DNA of 64,000 nucleotides from Macrostomum lignano (Eukaryota): NCBI GenBank assembly GCA_002269645.1, contig NIVC01000110.1, positions 124,001 to 188,000 of the forward strand, read 5' to 3'. Shown piece by piece: positions 62,079 to 64,000 of this stretch (position 1 is its first letter; each line of letters starts with the position of its first letter). The notes under the pieces were generated by a model. It saw only the letters and a program-made list of their open reading frames with translations, ran no database searches and was not told where the DNA came from. The position numbers and the translations under genes were made by a program.

Positions 62079-62858
62079 TTATAGGCTGCCGTCTGAACAG
62101 ATTTCCAACCATTCCCTCCACTGTAGAACGGTTCTCTCAATTGATAAAAGTAAATACGCCGCTAGGAGCCCCCGGTTGCTGCTGCGCGCTTCGTAAAGAC
62201 AGTTGAGATATGTGTCTCTATTTGCATACGCAAATGATACGGGTTCTGGCAGAATCCGGTTGATCAACTTTGATAATAACAACCTAGCAGTTCTACCATT
62301 GCCGTCGCTAAAGGGGTGTATGGTGAGAAACTTTTCTAGGAAATATGCTCCTGTCACTACTGCATCACGCAAGATTTGTGGCTCTTTTATGTCTCTAGTT
62401 AATTTTACCAGCTGCCGTTCAATATTTTCTGGGGCACTGTAATACATACTCGCGCCTGCTGGCTTGGCGTGCTTAATTCTATACGATCCTGCATTCGGGA
62501 GCAGTCCTCTGCACACGCGTGTGTGAACTTGTCTAACAAACTCTGTGTCAATTAACCCCCTCGTGTCATTGAGGTGTATTGCCGCACTCCATAGATTGGC
62601 TGTGACCATACAGGACCGGGTTTTTATCGCTTCTTCTGCTTCCTCCCAAGTCAACGCCACCTCTCTCTCCTCAATGTTTACTTCAGTTACGAATGCCAGC
62701 CGGGCTAGATACGTGAATTCTAAGCGCTCCTTTGCGGTCAATCCCTCGATTCTTTTCCTAGTGTCTGATAACAATCTTTCAATGAGGGGTAATCTGGCGC
62801 GCACGCTCTCGTTGCTGAAATAGGGGTTATCAGTTATACCCTCTTCCATGTTCTCCAT
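62079..62858 (-). CDS. Fic/Doc family protein (putative AMP transferase)
   Basis: Canonical HPFSDGNGRTAR motif, preceded by V..VH..V..GL..NAGSYR and FLEKFLTIH; no signal peptide or TPR seen. ATG at 62858 or 62849. Confidence 0.92.
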   Translation of the reverse strand: MENMEEGITDNPYFSNESVRARLPLIERLLSDTRKRIEGLTAKERLEFTYLARLAFVTEVNIEEREVALTWEEAEEAIKTRSCMVTANLWSAAIHLNDTRGLIDTEFVRQVHTRVCRGLLPNAGSYRIKHAKPAGASMYYSAPENIERQLVKLTRDIKEPQILRDAVVTGAYFLEKFLTIHPFSDGNGRTARLLLSKLINRILPEPVSFAYANRDTYLNCLYEARSSNRGLLAAYLLLSIERTVLQWREWLEICSDGSL

Positions 62859-62921
62859 ACAGAGGGTTTTGTACACTGCTTCTATTTATGGTTGCATTAA
62901 CACGTTGCTCGCGGCCTGTCT

Positions 62922-63602
62922 GTCCCTCTGCAGCCTGGGGGGCTCTCTATCACTCACCGCCGGTCTGTCCCTCTACCACCCCGGCCTGGGGAAGCTCTCT
63001 GTCCCTCCGTGTGACTCACACTCCCTCTCTGTCCACGCCGCGTGCTGCGACATGCCAGGGCAGCGCAGGGTGCCTCCACGCACTCTCTGTCCCAGCACCC
63101 CGTGTCTCTTTGTACCCCACCTCATACTGCTACAGGGGTCGCCTGTTATCTGTCCCCTGCTACAGGGGGATGGCGGCTCTCCACGCACTACCCCTCCTGC
63201 TACAGGGGCTGCTCTCTGTCCCCAGCTACAGGGCTGCTCTCTGTCCCCCGCATGGGGGGCCGGTTGCTCAGTGTACAGGGCTGCGTCAGCATCGGGGGTT
63301 TCCTTCCTACACTAACCGCGTGCACACGACATTGGTGGGAGGGGCGGGAATCCCCCCGCCGGATGTACACCCCGAGGGAGGCCCATGCGCTGAAGGTACA
63401 CTCGCTGGACGCCCACCCGGCCGGATGTACACTCGCGGGAGGCCCACCCCGCTGGAGGTACACTTGCTGGACGCCCACCCCGCTGGAGGTACACCCCGGG
63501 GGAGGTGGTACACCCCGAGGGAGCACCTTGCCGCGGTGCTAGAGGCCGACATCAGCCCGACGGACCTTCGCAAAATCAACGGATACGGGTTCATATAGTA
63601 GT
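62922..63602. repeat. Right terminal inverted repeat
   Basis: Reverse complement of the left TIR; ends ...GGGTTCATATAGTAGT. Confidence 0.95.
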
Positions 63603-64000
63603 CTTGGGCTTATGAAATAAAATGAAAACGATATGAAAATGAAACTTTCTCTACAAAACTATCTCAAAATACAATAGATGAGCATGTTGTACATGCTACA
63701 TGTAAACTATAGAATGGTATATCTTACCGCCCAGAGTAAATGCAATCATGAGATTTTTTCCTATTTCTGCAGTGTATTTTTTTTCAGAAAATGGTCACCT
63801 AAAAACTACACGTCTGTGTTTTACGTCCTGTTGTTATACTACAGTTTCCTGGAAAAATTCCTGCGCAAATGACAGGGACCCCCCAACATATAGCTCCGAT
63901 CCTGTTGCGGGCCAAGATTTGGGGGCATTTCATGTACTGAGCTTGTCTAGCAATGGCCAATCCACCTCCGGCCGCACGGCGACCAGACCTGGAAGCAGCG

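Larger units (their letters stand above)
54475..62890 (-). promoter_or_regulatory. Recurrent TATAAATA TATA-box motif upstream of element genes
   Basis: Exact copies (plus-strand TATTTATA) at 56234, 56599, 57767, 58955, 59701, 59990 and 62076. Variants at 54475 (TACAAATA), 61134 (TATATAAG) and 62883 (CATAAATA). Eight of the ten lie 19-50 nt before an ATG of an element gene. Confidence 0.65.
53048..63602 (-). mobile_element. Polinton/Maverick (adintovirus)-like endogenous virus-like element lacking pPolB, 10,555 bp
   Basis: 6-bp TSD CTTGGG (53042-47, 63603-08) and long TIRs. Minus-strand genes for A32-like ATPase, adenain-like protease, major and minor capsid proteins and rve integrase, plus accessory ORFs. 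Confidence 0.95.

Noticed and set aside
52828-63940. Host gene whose intron (donor 53009, acceptor 63875) would contain the Polinton-like element
   Set aside because: The splice sites are phase-compatible, but the joined peptide has no recognisable features or clear start; it needs transcript data.

Overview
Eukaryotic genomic DNA with spliceosomal introns, AT-rich spacers, and a minisatellite or microsatellite in most introns. This style suggests an invertebrate, possibly a Macrostomum-like flatworm, but that is inference only. Host genes assembled by hand from splice sites: a DEG/ENaC channel (-), AIP (+), a 12-exon ankyrin-repeat gene (-), and five small two-exon secreted-peptide genes (+). 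Four of the peptide genes form a tandem cluster at 41.4-52.1 kb and one lies at 15.8-17.3 kb; all are missed or only partly seen by the ORF track. Mobile DNA: an intact D,D34D mariner, an internally deleted mariner, a MULE-like derivative, a MITE, CORE-type SINEs, and a 10,555-bp Polinton/adintovirus-like element (53048-63602) with 594-bp identical TIR cores and a CTTGGG target-site duplication. That element has capsid, protease, ATPase and integrase genes but no protein-primed DNA polymerase. Instead it carries a Fic enzyme, a TBP-like ORF and a PC4-like ORF, and has TATAAATA motifs in front of most genes. The two best candidates for an undescribed system are the N-terminal-Cys cationic secreted peptide family and this polymerase-less, TBP/Fic-encoding virus-like element. 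No database searches were run; all product calls come from motif recognition.
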